The position numbers and the translations under genes were made by a program. 64,000 nt of DNA from Octopus sinensis (lineage: Eukaryota), in assembly GCF_006345805.1 (NCBI RefSeq), contig NC_043018.1:7874001-7938000 (forward strand), in the 5' to 3' direction. The notes beneath the pieces are model-generated. The model saw only the letters and a list, made by a program, of their open reading frames with translations. It was not told the origin of the DNA and searched no databases. This document shows, in pieces, positions 52,010 to 64,000 of the stretch (position 1 is its first letter; every line of letters starts with the position of its first letter).

Positions 52010-53230
52010 ACACGTATCTGTCATAGTTGGCACTTATTCTTTATACCATGTATTTGGCTATATTCTTCTGTAGGGCGACCGTACGACCTTTAAAAGGAGA
52101 CATCTCTGTCACCAACTCCTTTACCTTATGGTCGTTTGCTACATAGCGATGGAGTCGTCCGGGTGTCTTGACAGGATTTCTTGGCTAATTCGGTTCAGCA
52201 CCCCACCATGTTGTCCTCTGGCATGCTGCTAGAGTATCGAGGTTTGTCTTTGATCCCCGTATTCCCTCCAATGTATTCCCGCCAAACTTCTCGCCGTTCC
52301 ACCTATGTATGCAGTCTTCTGGTTTTTACAATCACGGTAAACCACATTTCTGGTTTTGAAGTTGACACCAGGGCTATATTTGCACACTACACAGTTCGGA
52401 TCTTTTCGGTTTGAACGGCAGTTTTTAACATAATTTCTAGGTAACTAAAAACTTTTAAACTTCGTATACTGGTAGAATGTGTTTATAAAACATCTTCTTC
52501 TCTTGGCTTTATTGAGAAAATTCTATAGTTTGTAAGATATTTGTTGTTTTTTTTCTTCAATTTCTGCAATTTCAACCAATCACTGACGTCCATTGAAGTA
52601 AAAAAGCATTCTGTGCTGTATGAATATGCCATGAAGAGGCCTGCCACATCCCCAGCCACACTGACATCGATGGCTGCCCCCTTGACTTGCATATATAGCT
52701 TCTCATTGAATTTAACTATATAGTTCTGTAGGGTGGTCTTTAGACTTGCGCCCACTACATGTGCAATCATTTTTCATGTCTGGACGTTATCCCCTGGGCC
52801 GTGGGTGGGTGCATTCTATCCACTCCAGCACTCCACAGTGTTTTTCCTAGCTGCTGATGTGATTGTGGGTGGCCAACCTTGTTCCGACCTGTTGGGGCAG
52901 AATCTACTTAGGTCATGGTGATCTAAGTATTCTCTATCGTAAACAAACCTTCAGGAAGAGGCCCAGTTCCCTCATGTTCACCTCATGGAAGACTACTTTG
53001 TTTTCGGTGATAATTTCCACACGTTTTTCCACAGCAAAGTCAATGTTGATAGATGGGTAAAGTGACACCACATCCAAACTACTACCTACCATACAATCTG
53101 ACAGGTCGTGAGAGCGGTTACATTCATTAACCCTGCTGAAGAGGTCCTCTGCGCTTTTGCAAACATCTGGAGACATCCCAATTAGTGGTCTTAACACGAG
53201 AGGAAGTACGACAGTGTATAATTGCTGGCA
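52010..53230 (-). mobile_element. Decayed Penelope-like element (RT and GIY-YIG fragments) interrupted by a partial MITE
   Basis: RT: SLDVVSLYPSINID and LYMQVKGAAI..SVAGDVAGLFM. Endonuclease: CVVCK...TRNVVYRDCK..TAYIGGTARSL at ~52390-52250. MITE at 52398-52628. Confidence 0.85.
52398..52628. mobile_element. One-ended GGATC MITE fragment
   Basis: One TIR plus internal sequence as at 21485; second TIR absent. Confidence 0.85.
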
Positions 53231-53579
53231 ATATTGGCACCACAAAATTTCATTTAAGGTTATATTATGCTAGTCACCAGTTATGGGATTAGATGTTGAC
53301 TTGGTTAGGCATGTGTGTGTGTGTGTATGTATATATGTGTGTGTGTTTGTGTGTATGAGCAAAACACTTCATATCACGTTGCTCTGCAGTCAATTTGACT
53401 CCTGACACATGATACATTGTTCACTTCTTCAGATAATGTCAATTTGATTGAGAGATTGTGTTAATGTGCGACATAACATTTGATCACTATAAAAAAAAAT
53501 CGTTTGTGCAGGTCATTCGTATATATACGTATATGTGTGTGTATACACACATACACGCACACACACACACCACACACAC

Positions 53580-53757
53580 ATGTGACCGCATGTGTACTGT
53601 TGGCGATTTTTTTTCCTCTGTCTTCCCTTCTCCTATGTTTCCGACGAAGAGCTCCGTTCGAAACGTTAACCCTTCCTTCTTTCCTGAGCGTCCAATAATA
53701 CTATATTTGTTCCACGTCCTCGTGTTGTTGTGTTTTTTTGTGCTTTCTTGTTTGGAT

Positions 53758-53765
<8 letters not shown>
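53580..53765 (+). mobile_element. Hammerhead-like short element, copy 2
   Basis: ccgacgaagagctccgttcgaaacgttaa at 53641-53669; preceded by (CA)n, followed by (TA)n. Confidence 0.75.
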
Positions 53766-53804
<39 letters not shown>

Positions 53805-53894
53805 AAGTAATGAAATGAAGATATAACATTTAATAAAAATTTATTATCTGCAAAAATCAATCACAGTTCCTTACAGCTGTTTCAATTAAGCCTA

Positions 53895-54420
53895 ATGTCA
53901 GGTTGAATAAAAAGTAAGCAACGTTTTGGACCATGAAGAATTTGCACCAAATGTTTGCAAAGTTTTGAATTTTTTCTAAATATTCCATTTCTTTTTTTTT
54001 TTTTGCTATTGTGTGATAATACAGATATAGACTTACCCAAATGCATCAATAAATTAACATTAAAACATTAATATATTTTTCCACCGTTATTATAATCATC
54101 TGAAATGGAACTGTCAAATCGCAATATTCAAGCAATTTTGCTATTCAACTTCAAAAAAAATATCAAACGTTTGGTGAGGAAGTGACCAGTGAGTGGTCAG
54201 CTCAAAAATGGTTTAAATGATTTTGCAGTGGAGACCTGTCTTGAAGACCGTGAGTGTAGTGAATGCCCATCTGTCATCGATGATGGTCAATTAAAGACCA
54301 TCATCGAGTAAGATCCACATATAACCACTTGAGAACTGGCAAAAGAACTTCAAGTTAGCCAGAAAACTGCCTGCAACCATTTGCATGTGATCGGAAAATA
54401 AAAAAAACTTAATTTGAATG
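53895..54420 (+). mobile_element. Mariner transposon 5' remnant (transposase pseudogene)
   Basis: TIR-like tcaggttgaataaaaagt; MELSNRNIQAILLFNFKK...SAQKWFK*F.SGD...IDDGQLKTIIE*DPHITT*ELAKELQVSQKTACNHL (HTH region) with stops. Confidence 0.8.
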
Positions 54421-54429
54421 AAAATGCGC

Positions 54430-55225
54430 AGATAGGAAATTTGCTCGTTGTTTCACCTCTGTAACCAGACAGATTCATTCTTGTCTCAAGTTCAGGTGTG
54501 TTGGCATATCTGCAGCGCTGTTTCTAAGTTATGTATTATACATGAAGTTTTTCTTTTTTATAAGATATGAGCATGTTATCAAAAATGAACTTACACGCAT
54601 CCAGATGTAGCTAAAATATATATTGATTGCTAATTCCCAACTTGTTAATTTGGAGCCCTAGCCTGTCTATGAGGATAGCTTCCTTAATTCTTAGATTTCC
54701 TAAATTTCCGTCATTGGCTTCAATTGTGACTGTTATGCTTTTGTCCGTGTTCCGGCATCTGTCTAGATGTTTTCTGAAGGAGAAGGTTTGTGTGTTTAGA
54801 CATTCTTTGATGCATTTGTTACACTGTATTCTATACACAACATTTATCCGTGGGCATTGCTTGCTGTCCCTTGCTCATTTCTTTGCTAGGTGTCTTCTCA
54901 GAGAGGGGCCAGAGTGGGCTAGTTGTATGTCTAGCCCTTCTCTTATGGCTCTTCGGATGGCTGTAATTATCCTCTCACTAAAATGGGGGATTTTAAGGAA
55001 GCATCTGTTGCTGGGCTTTCTGTATGTTTGGCATGTTTGTCGTCTTGGGTACTTTAGCTGATTTGCAATGGATATAGGGTACCCATTGGTTTTCAATACC
55101 TCTAGGAAGTGTGTGGTCTTGGTCACCTTGTCCTCTGTCCTGCTGCACTTGCTCTGGTTACGTGTAAGCTCATTTCTGGTGTATCTTATTTTGGCAACAA
55201 GTGGAAGGGCTGAATTGTAGTGAAC
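54430..55225 (-). mobile_element. Second decayed Penelope-like element (thumb + GIY-YIG)
   Basis: KIRYTRNELTR...CS...FLEVLKTNGYP; then NVVYRIQCNKC...NLRIKEAILIDRLGLQIN. Confidence 0.8.
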
Positions 55226-55554
55226 AAACGTATCTCTAGTGACTTTATCACTGTATTAGAATACAGTGATAGAGTCTTTGACAATGATAAGAAAATGTTA
55301 ACAAATAGAATCTTAACATTTTTCTCATCATTTTCAAAGATTCCATTTCTTAACATTTTCTTATCATTGGCAAAGACTCTATCACTGTATTTTAATACAT
55401 CTATGTTAACTCATTTTTAACACCAATAAAGCTACATACACAAAGCCTTACACTTTACATTGAAAATCTTTTTAAAAAAAAAAGTGAAACCGGTGAAGTC
55501 AATAAACATCTTTAACAGGACTCTGTATTTTCAAATCCTCTTCCTCATATATAT

Positions 55555-55601
<47 letters not shown>

Positions 55602-55775
55602 GAGTAATTGTGCTAAGCAGTGTTTACGTATAATCACAATTTAGGTTAGTTGAAATATGTTTGTTACATACTTCAACTGCTAAAGGCAAATACACTGCAA
55701 TTACCATGGAGAAAAATCTCTTATGGTAAAAAGGTGTGAAAACACCCCGTTCATTCAGTATCGCCCCCCCTCTCT

Positions 55776-55807
<32 letters not shown>

Positions 55808-55849
55808 GAAATTGTGATTTGAAATCAAAAAAATTTGTCCGTGACTCTT

Positions 55850-56058
55850 CCACTTTTTCCTCGTCCTTTTTTACCTTTCTTCTTCTACTTCCAATTTTCC
55901 ACTTTTTCCTCTGTCTTTCCTTCTTCTATGTTTCCGACAAAGAGCTCCGCTCGAAACGTTAAACCCTCCTACTTTCCTTCTTTCCTGAGCGTCCAATAAT
56001 ACTATATTTGTTCCACATCCTTGCGTTGTTGTGTTTTTTTGTGCTTTCTTGTTTGGAT

Positions 56059-56065
<7 letters not shown>
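55850..56065 (+). mobile_element. Hammerhead-like short element, copy 3
   Basis: ccgacaaagagctccgctcgaaacgttaa at 55934-55962; ends ttggattaac(TA)n. Confidence 0.75.
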
Positions 56066-56096
<31 letters not shown>

Positions 56097-57581
56097 CACA
56101 TATATAAACAATAAAATGAATAGAGAGATTCAATTGACAACCCAACAATTTATTCATATTATATAACATAATATACTAAAAATGAAAAAAGAAGTGACAT
56201 AAAAAAATTATTAAAAAAATAAACCAACGCGTATTGTTTGTAATTTGCATTTTGTCCCTATGTGTGTGGTATTCAACTGATGTACCAGTGAATTGGATGT
56301 TTTACACACCCCTTTGAAGGAATTCCTTTCCTTGGTTTGATACACATGCACACACACACATACATATATATATTTAGTGGAAGCAAAAGAGCGACACAAG
56401 GCCGCAAGAGTTTCAGGTGTTAACACGAGTGACTTAAGCTTCAAGAATTTCATGCATCGATAAGCGCCAACTCACAAAACTCTCAGCCTTTGAGTCATTC
56501 TGTTGCTTTCACTAAATATTAATAAAAATATACATATACGCATATTTTGAGTTCTATTTTTCCTGTTTACATCAGCGTACCTATATGTATATATGGTAAG
56601 AAGCTTGCTTTTCAACCACATGGTTCCGGTTCAGTCCCACTGCATGGCACCTTGGGCAGGTGTCTTCTACTATAGTCTCAGACCCACCAAAGCCTTGTGA
56701 GTGGATTTGGTAGATGGAAACTGAAAGGAGCCCACTGTGTATATATATATATATATATATATTTATTTATGCGCCCTTTTCAAGCCTAGCCAGGCTCAAG
56801 GGCCCGATTTCCTGGTTTCTGTGGCGTATGTGTTCCCCCCAGCTGGACGGGACGCCAGTCCATCGCAGTGTTACTCAAGAAACAGGAAGAGAGAGTGAGA
56901 GAAAGTTGGGGCAAAAGAGTACAATGGGGTTGCCACCACCCCCTGCCAAAGCCTCATGGAGCTTTAGGTGTTCTCACTCAATAAACACACACAACGCCTG
57001 GTCTGAGAATCAAAACCGCAATCCTCCGACCACGAGTTCACTGTCCTAACCACTGAGCCATTGCGCCTCCGCATATATATATATATATATATATGTAGTA
57101 ATGTATGTATTTATGTCTGTGTTTCTCCCTCCACCATCACTTGACAACCGATTTTGGTGTGTTTACATCCCTGTAACTTAGCAGTTCAGCAAAAGAGACT
57201 GATGGAATAAGTACTAGGCTTACAAAGAATAAGTCTTGGGGTTGATTTGTTTGACTAAAAGGCAATACTCCAGCATGGCCATAATCATATGACTGAAACA
57301 AATAAAAGAATATATATATTATACAAAGTTAGATAAGGCTGGTCTATGAGATTACCCTGGGTCTCATGTCCATAAAGCACTTATTAATGGGTTTTAGTTG
57401 AACAAATCGACACAAGGACTTATTCTTTGTAAGCCTAGTACTTATTCTATTGGTCTTTATTGCCGAACTGCTAAGTTACAGGGATGTAAACAAACGAACA
57501 TCAATTGTCAAGGAATGGTGGTGGTAAGGGGACAAACACAGACACAAACACACAAATATATATATATAATATATATATATA

Positions 57582-57617
<36 letters not shown>

Positions 57618-58446
57618 ATCATCATCATCATCATTGTTTAACGTCCAATTTCCATGCTGGCATGGGTTGGATGGTTCAACTGGGATCTGGGAAGCCAGAA
57701 GGCTGCACCAGGCTCCAATCTGATCTGGCAATGTTTCTACGGCTGGATGCCCTTCCTAACGCCAGACTCTCTGAGAGTGTAGTGGATGCTTTTTACGTGC
57801 CACCGGCACAGGAGCCAGAGGGGACTGTCATTGACTACATTTGAATGGTGCTTTTTACATGCTACAAGAGCTAGTGAAGGCGGCACTGGCATTGGCCATG
57901 TTCAGATTGTGCTTTTTATGTGCCACTGGCACAGGAGCCAGTCAGACGAGGAGGCTGGCACCGATCATGTTCAGATGGTCCTTTTTACATACCACCAGCA
58001 TGAGGAGCTAGTCAGGCAGCACTGACATCAGCCACAACTACAATTTCCATTTGATTTTGATGTACTTGACTCAATAGGTCTCCTCAAGCACAGCATGTCG
58101 CCTGACGATCCAAGGTACTTTTTAAATGGACTGGTTAGGCTACAGCTGTGATCTCACTTTATTTGCCGTGTCTTCTCAGTCACAGCATATCTCCAGAGGT
58201 CTCGGTCTTTTGTCATTGCCTCAGTGAGGCCCAACGTTCAAAGGTCATGCTTCACCACCTCATCCCATGTCTTTCTGGGTCTCCTTCTACCACAGGTTCC
58301 TTCCACTGTTTGGGAGTTGTCAAACAGTGAAGGGACAACACAAAGGCACAAAGATACGTACATATCTATCTATTTGTTTATCTACCTTTCTATCTATCTA
58401 CCTATCTATCTGTCTATGTATCTATCTATCTATCTATCTGTCTATG

Positions 58447-58492
<46 letters not shown>

Positions 58493-58493
58493 A

Positions 58494-58544
<51 letters not shown>

Positions 58545-59033
58545 ACACACACATTTCTATATCCTAGCATGTACAAAAACTCTTCATCCACACACACAAG
58601 CACACACATGCAAACACATACACTCACACACACATCACCTTGCCTCTCCACCACTATATCCTCCTACTGCTACAAACCTATTCTCTTCACTCCTTCACAT
58701 AAACACAAACAACAATACACACAGATATTACCACACTCACTCACTGGCAATTTTTGCATATTCCTGCCTTCAAAAACCACTTTCTCTATCTCTCACCACT
58801 TGCAGTCAGATCTTTTTCAGTCAAGTAATGACACACATGCTTCTCCCAGACGACAATCCTTTTCCTTCTCCTTGGACTTTTTCCTTTTCCGATAAAGAGT
58901 CATGCTCAAAACATCAAACCCACTCTTTTTTCCGTCTAAAACTTTATCCAATCTACTGCTACTTTCACTGTATACATCCTTTTGAGTCTTGTTGTTTTTT
59001 TCCGTATGTATATATATATATATATATATATAT

Positions 59034-59147
59034 AGGCGCAGGAGTATATATATATATATTATATATATATATATATATTATATACTCCTGCGCCTATATA
59101 TATATATATATCTATATATATATATATATAATTATACTCCTGCGCCG

Positions 59148-59188
<41 letters not shown>

Positions 59189-59298
59189 TATATACTCCTG
59201 CGCCTATATATATATCTATATATATATATATCTCTATATATATATATATATATACTCCTGCGCCTATATATATATATATATATATATATACTCCTGCG

Positions 59299-59337
<39 letters not shown>

Positions 59338-59365
59338 ATATATATATATATATATACTTCCTGCG

Positions 59366-59402
<37 letters not shown>

Positions 59403-59441
59403 TCCTGCGCCTATATATATATATATATATACTCCTGCGCC

Positions 59442-59475
<34 letters not shown>

Positions 59476-59492
59476 ATATATATACTCCTGCG

Positions 59493-59531
<39 letters not shown>

Positions 59532-59578
59532 TCCTGCGCCTATATAATATATATATTATATATATATATACTCCTGCG

Positions 59579-59625
<47 letters not shown>

Positions 59626-59672
59626 TCCTGCGCCTATTATATATATATATAATAATATATAGGCGCAGGAGT
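59034..59672. repeat. Array of SINE-A head 12-mers (ACTCCTGCGCCT) separated by (TA)n
   Basis: 12 minus-orientation copies between a plus copy at 59034 and the real SINE head at ~59660. Confidence 0.9.
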
Positions 59673-59826
59673 GGCTGTGTGGTAAGTAACTTGCTTGCCA
59701 ACCACATGGTTCCGGGTTCAGTCCCACTGCATGGCACCTTGGGCAAGTGTCTTCTACTTTAGCCTCGGGCCAACCAAAGCCTTGTGAGTGGATTTGGTAG
59801 ACGGAAACTGAAAGAAGCCCATCTTG

Positions 59827-59857
<31 letters not shown>

Positions 59858-59959
59858 ATGTTTGTGTGTCTGTGTTTGTCCCCCTAGCATTGCTTGACAA
59901 CCGATGCTGGTGTGTTTATGTTCCCGTCACTTAGCGGTTCGGCAAACGAGACCGATAGA

Positions 59960-60059
59960 NNNNNNNNNNNNNNNNNNNNNNNNNNNNNNNNNNNNNNNNN
60001 NNNNNNNNNNNNNNNNNNNNNNNNNNNNNNNNNNNNNNNNNNNNNNNNNNNNNNNNNNN
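59960..60059. other. Assembly gap (100 N)
   Basis: Run of N that truncates a SINE A copy. Confidence 1.
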
Positions 60060-60748
60060 CCAAAACAATCACATCATCAAAACTGCAAAGCGCTAAATAA
60101 GATAAAGCATGATTAATTCAAAACAATTGGAATAAAAAAGAATTTCATTTGACAGTGTAATCAGAATACTAACGAGTAAAACAATCCAAAAAAATGTTAA
60201 TTACATCCTGTAGGTTTGTGTGTCTCTTGCCTTTAATTGACTCGTTCTGTGATAATGACTGAGAAATTGATATAAGCTTAGATAAAAAAAACAATTTAAT
60301 TGACTTCGTTTAATTGCTGAAAATTCCAAGTTTAGGTGCAGTCTTAATGATAAAGCCCTAGATTTAACCCTGCCCCTGTCATACCATATTCCTGCTATAA
60401 TGAGAATATAATGTTATCTCTGTCCAGATCCCTAGTGAAGCAGTAAAGAATGGCACATCTAGAAAAAGATGCAACCAATTCTGTCTGTTAGTTTGCATGC
60501 AATCATTATTCATGAGCTGTATGTGGGTGTGCTGAGAAGTTCGTGGCCTTGGCCTGAGGAGGATCAGTTAATTATGATTTTATTATTGCAGTGGTCCTTC
60601 AGTTTTTCTAAACCCTGTAAAAGAACTCAGGAGGATGGGTCTCTTTCCAGGCATTCGTGATACCTTAAAAACCAGGAACATTTTAGAACCCTCTTAAATA
60701 TATATAAATATATATATGTATATATATATGTATGTTTGTGTGTGTATG

Positions 60749-60807
<59 letters not shown>

Positions 60808-60809
<2 letters not shown>

Positions 60810-61223
60810 AGGGGGTACTGAAAAGTGGCTTTAGGTAAAAAAGAATACAGGAGGGTCAATTAATTATGATTTTATTCAACATATTTTTCTCTCAGATTCA
60901 CACACTTATTGCAGCGGTCCTTCAGTTTTTCTAAACCCTGTAAAAGAACTCAGGAGGATGGGTCTCTTGCCAGGCATTCGTGATACCTTAAAAACCAGGA
61001 ACATTTTAGAACCCTCTTGAAAAGTTCCTGGCTTTGAGTAAAAAAAAATACTGAAGGGTCAATTAATTATGATTTTATTAAACACATTCCCCTCTCAGAT
61101 TCACACTTATTGCAATGGTCCTTCATTTTTTTTCTAAGCCCTGTAGAAGGACTTGGAAGTTTGGGCCTCCAACCTGGCCTTTTGCAGTACCCTTAAAGCA
61201 AAGAACTTTTCAACACCCCCTTG
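60808..61223. mobile_element. Tc1/mariner-type MITE with TA TSD
   Basis: TA|CAAGGGGGTACTGAAAAGT ... ACTTTTCAACACCCCCTTG|TA; internal subunits repeated, plus a partial copy at ~60520-60695. Confidence 0.75.
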
Positions 61224-61876
61224 TATATGCTACTATTTATTTATTTTTTTTTGCTCGGGAGCTTGGGTGGAGGATAAAATTAGACACAGGGGCCCAGGTT
61301 TGAGAGGGTTAAAACAAGCCAATAACGGAACCTCTAGACTGTTACTTGACCTGCTAGAAATAGATGTAGCATATCCCTAAAATCACACCTTATAATGTAT
61401 ATCTATTTAAGCAAAAAGAACAAGATGTTAACAGCTGGAATGCTTTTGATGAGAGAGCCAGGGCCTCATAGAGACATTTAATAAGGTAAAACAAGTCTGC
61501 TTTCTGTTTGTTGGTGGTAGTTTCCTTCCTGAAATTCAATTTTAACCCTTTAGCTTTCAAACCAGCCATCTCAGGCCCAGATATTCTACCTGTTTTAAGT
61601 TCAAACTGGCTGGATCATGCCTCTCACACCTACCCGATAATGTCATTCTAAAAATAAACTATTACATCCTTGAAATACAAATTAATATATGATTAATTCA
61701 AAGGAATATGAATAAATAAGCTATGCATTTGGCAGAGTAATTTGAATGTCAAAGAGATAAATGTACCAGGAAGATATACATGGGGCTTCTCCGGATCTGT
61801 AGCCACCATGCCACCAACAGTACTATCTTGTGGAGCAGCAATACCATATGGTACAAGGCCATAGAGAAAGAATAAA

Positions 61877-62272
61877 TCTCTATATATATAAAGCTGAAGT
61901 TGTCTGTGTGTGTGTAGCAGCTTTGGTAGCCTTCAACTAACACTTTCTCCTCAGAGACCATGCGGCGCAAGTTGACCAAAATTGAGAGTATGATAGAAGA
62001 AGGCTTGCTCTTCCTTCCATAGAATAAAAAATTCAAATCGGACCATGTTAACACCAAAAATTATTTACTTCAGAAAGGTGCTTTTTTTCTATGAAAATCC
62101 CTATTTTTTACGATTTTTTCACTGCTGTGTTGCCATTTTTCGGTGTATTTCAACCCGAAAAATGTTCACTTAAGGAGAATAACAAGCTACATAATGCAAA
62201 ATTTTTTCTTTTCAAAAATTCCAATTCTAAAGGGTCAAAACAAACCCAAGCAACGCCGGGCGATACTGCTAG
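61877..62272 (+). mobile_element. Non-autonomous Helitron-like element
   Basis: A|TCTCTATATATATAAAGCTG ... gcaacgccgggcgatactgCTAG|T; no TSD. Confidence 0.8.
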
Positions 62273-63945
62273 TTCCTAAATATTTTTATTTTATTGGCTT
62301 CCACAGTCTATAAGGTGTTTTTGCACAATAGATGTATTCTTGCTTTTATTCTTTTTTTTACGTGTTTCAGTCATTAGACTGCGGCCATGCTGGAGCACTG
62401 CCTTAAAGAAATTTAGTCAAGTGAATCAACCCTAGTACTTTTTTTCAAGCCTGGTACTATTGGTCTCTTTAGCCAAACTGCTAAGTTACAGGGACATAAG
62501 CAAACCAACACCGGTTGTCAAGCAGTGAGGGGGACAAACACAGACACATGTATATATATATATATATATATATATCACAGTCTTCTTTCAGTTTCTTTCT
62601 ACTAAATCCAGTCACAAAGCTTTGGTCGGCCCAAGGCTATAGTAGAAGACACTTGCCCAAGGTACCATGTAGTGAGACTGAACCCGGAATCATGTCGTTG
62701 GGAAGAAAGTTCCTTTGCCTGTGTTTTATATGTAATTATTAAATTAGATTTATAATCCCCTTTATTGGGTTTTGTTATGGTGCGTGGTGTGTGGAAAAAT
62801 TGGTTTGCATGAAACCGGTTCAGGGTGCAAAAAATTGCGGGAATAATAAGCAGGTTGAACCCTACACTTTTTAAGCTCTGGATTACAGGACCTGTTCAAC
62901 ATCAACAACTAAGAGATTAATAAAAAAAGCACCTTGCACAAATATTTGCTTGCCTGACTGTCATTGAAGCTAACAAAACTGTAATTTAATAAAACTAGGT
63001 CAACAGATATAAAACCACTCTTTGATATATCCCAGTTCTTAAACAGTTTTCAAATATTTATGCATTTATGGGTGTATTTAGGAAACTGTGGCTGTGTGGT
63101 AAGTAGCTTGCTGACCAACCACATGGTTCCAGGTTCAGTCCCATTGTGTGGCATCTTGGGCAAGTGTCTTCTGCTATAGCCCCGAGCTGACCAATGCCTT
63201 GTGAGTGGATTTGGTAGACAGAAACTGAAAGAAGCCTGTCGTATATATGTATATATATATATGTATATGTGTGTGTCTGTTTCTGTGTCTGTGTTTGTCC
63301 CCCTAGCATTGCTTAACAACCGATGCTGGTGTGTTTACGTCCCCGTCACTTAGCGGTTTGGCAAAAGAGACCGATAGAATAAGTACTGGGCTTACAAAGA
63401 ATAAGTCCCGGGGTCGATTTGCTCAACTAAAGGCGGTGCTCCAGCATGGCCTTAGTCAAATGACTGAAACAAGTAAAAGATTATAGAGAAGGTGCACAGG
63501 TGCATAGAGAAGAGGTCCTGCTGGTTCATTTTTTTCTTTTTTTTTTCAATAGAAGTTTTCCATAAAAGATATCAGAGGAAGAAGGGCAGTGCTTGTGACT
63601 GGTTTATCTAGGGCCTCAGGTTAGGTTGGGCTGGAATAAAGGGACTGATAGGAAGCCAGGAAGAATTTACGCTTGAACAAGAGACCTGACCTAAATGCTC
63701 ATGACATTTGAGTAGACTCCATGAAAGGCATTCATAGACCAGGTAGTAGTATTAAGCTGAATGATGTGTATATGTATATCTGTGTGTGTATGCGTGTGTG
63801 TGTGTGTGTGTGTGTGTATTGGTATGTGTGTGGGCATATGTGTATGTATGAGTAAACACACCAACACCAAGCAGTGTTGGGAGACAAACACAAAGACAGA
63901 CTTATATCTATCTATTATTCTATCTATCTATATATATGTATATAT

Positions 63946-63983
<38 letters not shown>

Positions 63984-64000
63984 GTGTATATATATATATG

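Noticed and set aside
51417-52011. H/T- and C/V-rich ORFs, and a short non-repetitive peptide YQFIQHSSNKEDGLTVFERNITW
   Set aside because: Mostly degenerate (GT)n; the unique part has no recognisable homology and ends in a stop.

Overview
AT-rich, repeat-saturated animal genomic DNA. The SINE/RTE repertoire and GATGAT-tailed LINEs look octopus/cephalopod-like (inference). The only supportable host gene is the 5' part of an alpha-L-fucosidase (GH29) on the minus strand: three spliced coding exons at 11189-10762, 4995-4889 and 4022-3895, continuing off the left edge past a ~3.2-kb 26-bp minisatellite. The rest is mobile DNA: about 20 copies of one tRNA-headed SINE plus three other SINE families, RTE LINEs (one ~4.3-kb decayed copy and many 3' fragments), a CR1-type LINE, two decayed Penelope-like elements, GG-ended MITEs with 8-bp TSDs (Merlin-like), non-autonomous Helitrons and mariner remnants. 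The most notable signal is a set of hammerhead-ribozyme-like motifs in four sequence-unrelated short elements (six copies): one with a fully canonical core and one in the loop of a 355-bp palindrome. They co-occur with Penelope RT/GIY-YIG relics. There is a 100-N assembly gap at 59960-60059. No prokaryotic features (CRISPR, operons) are present.
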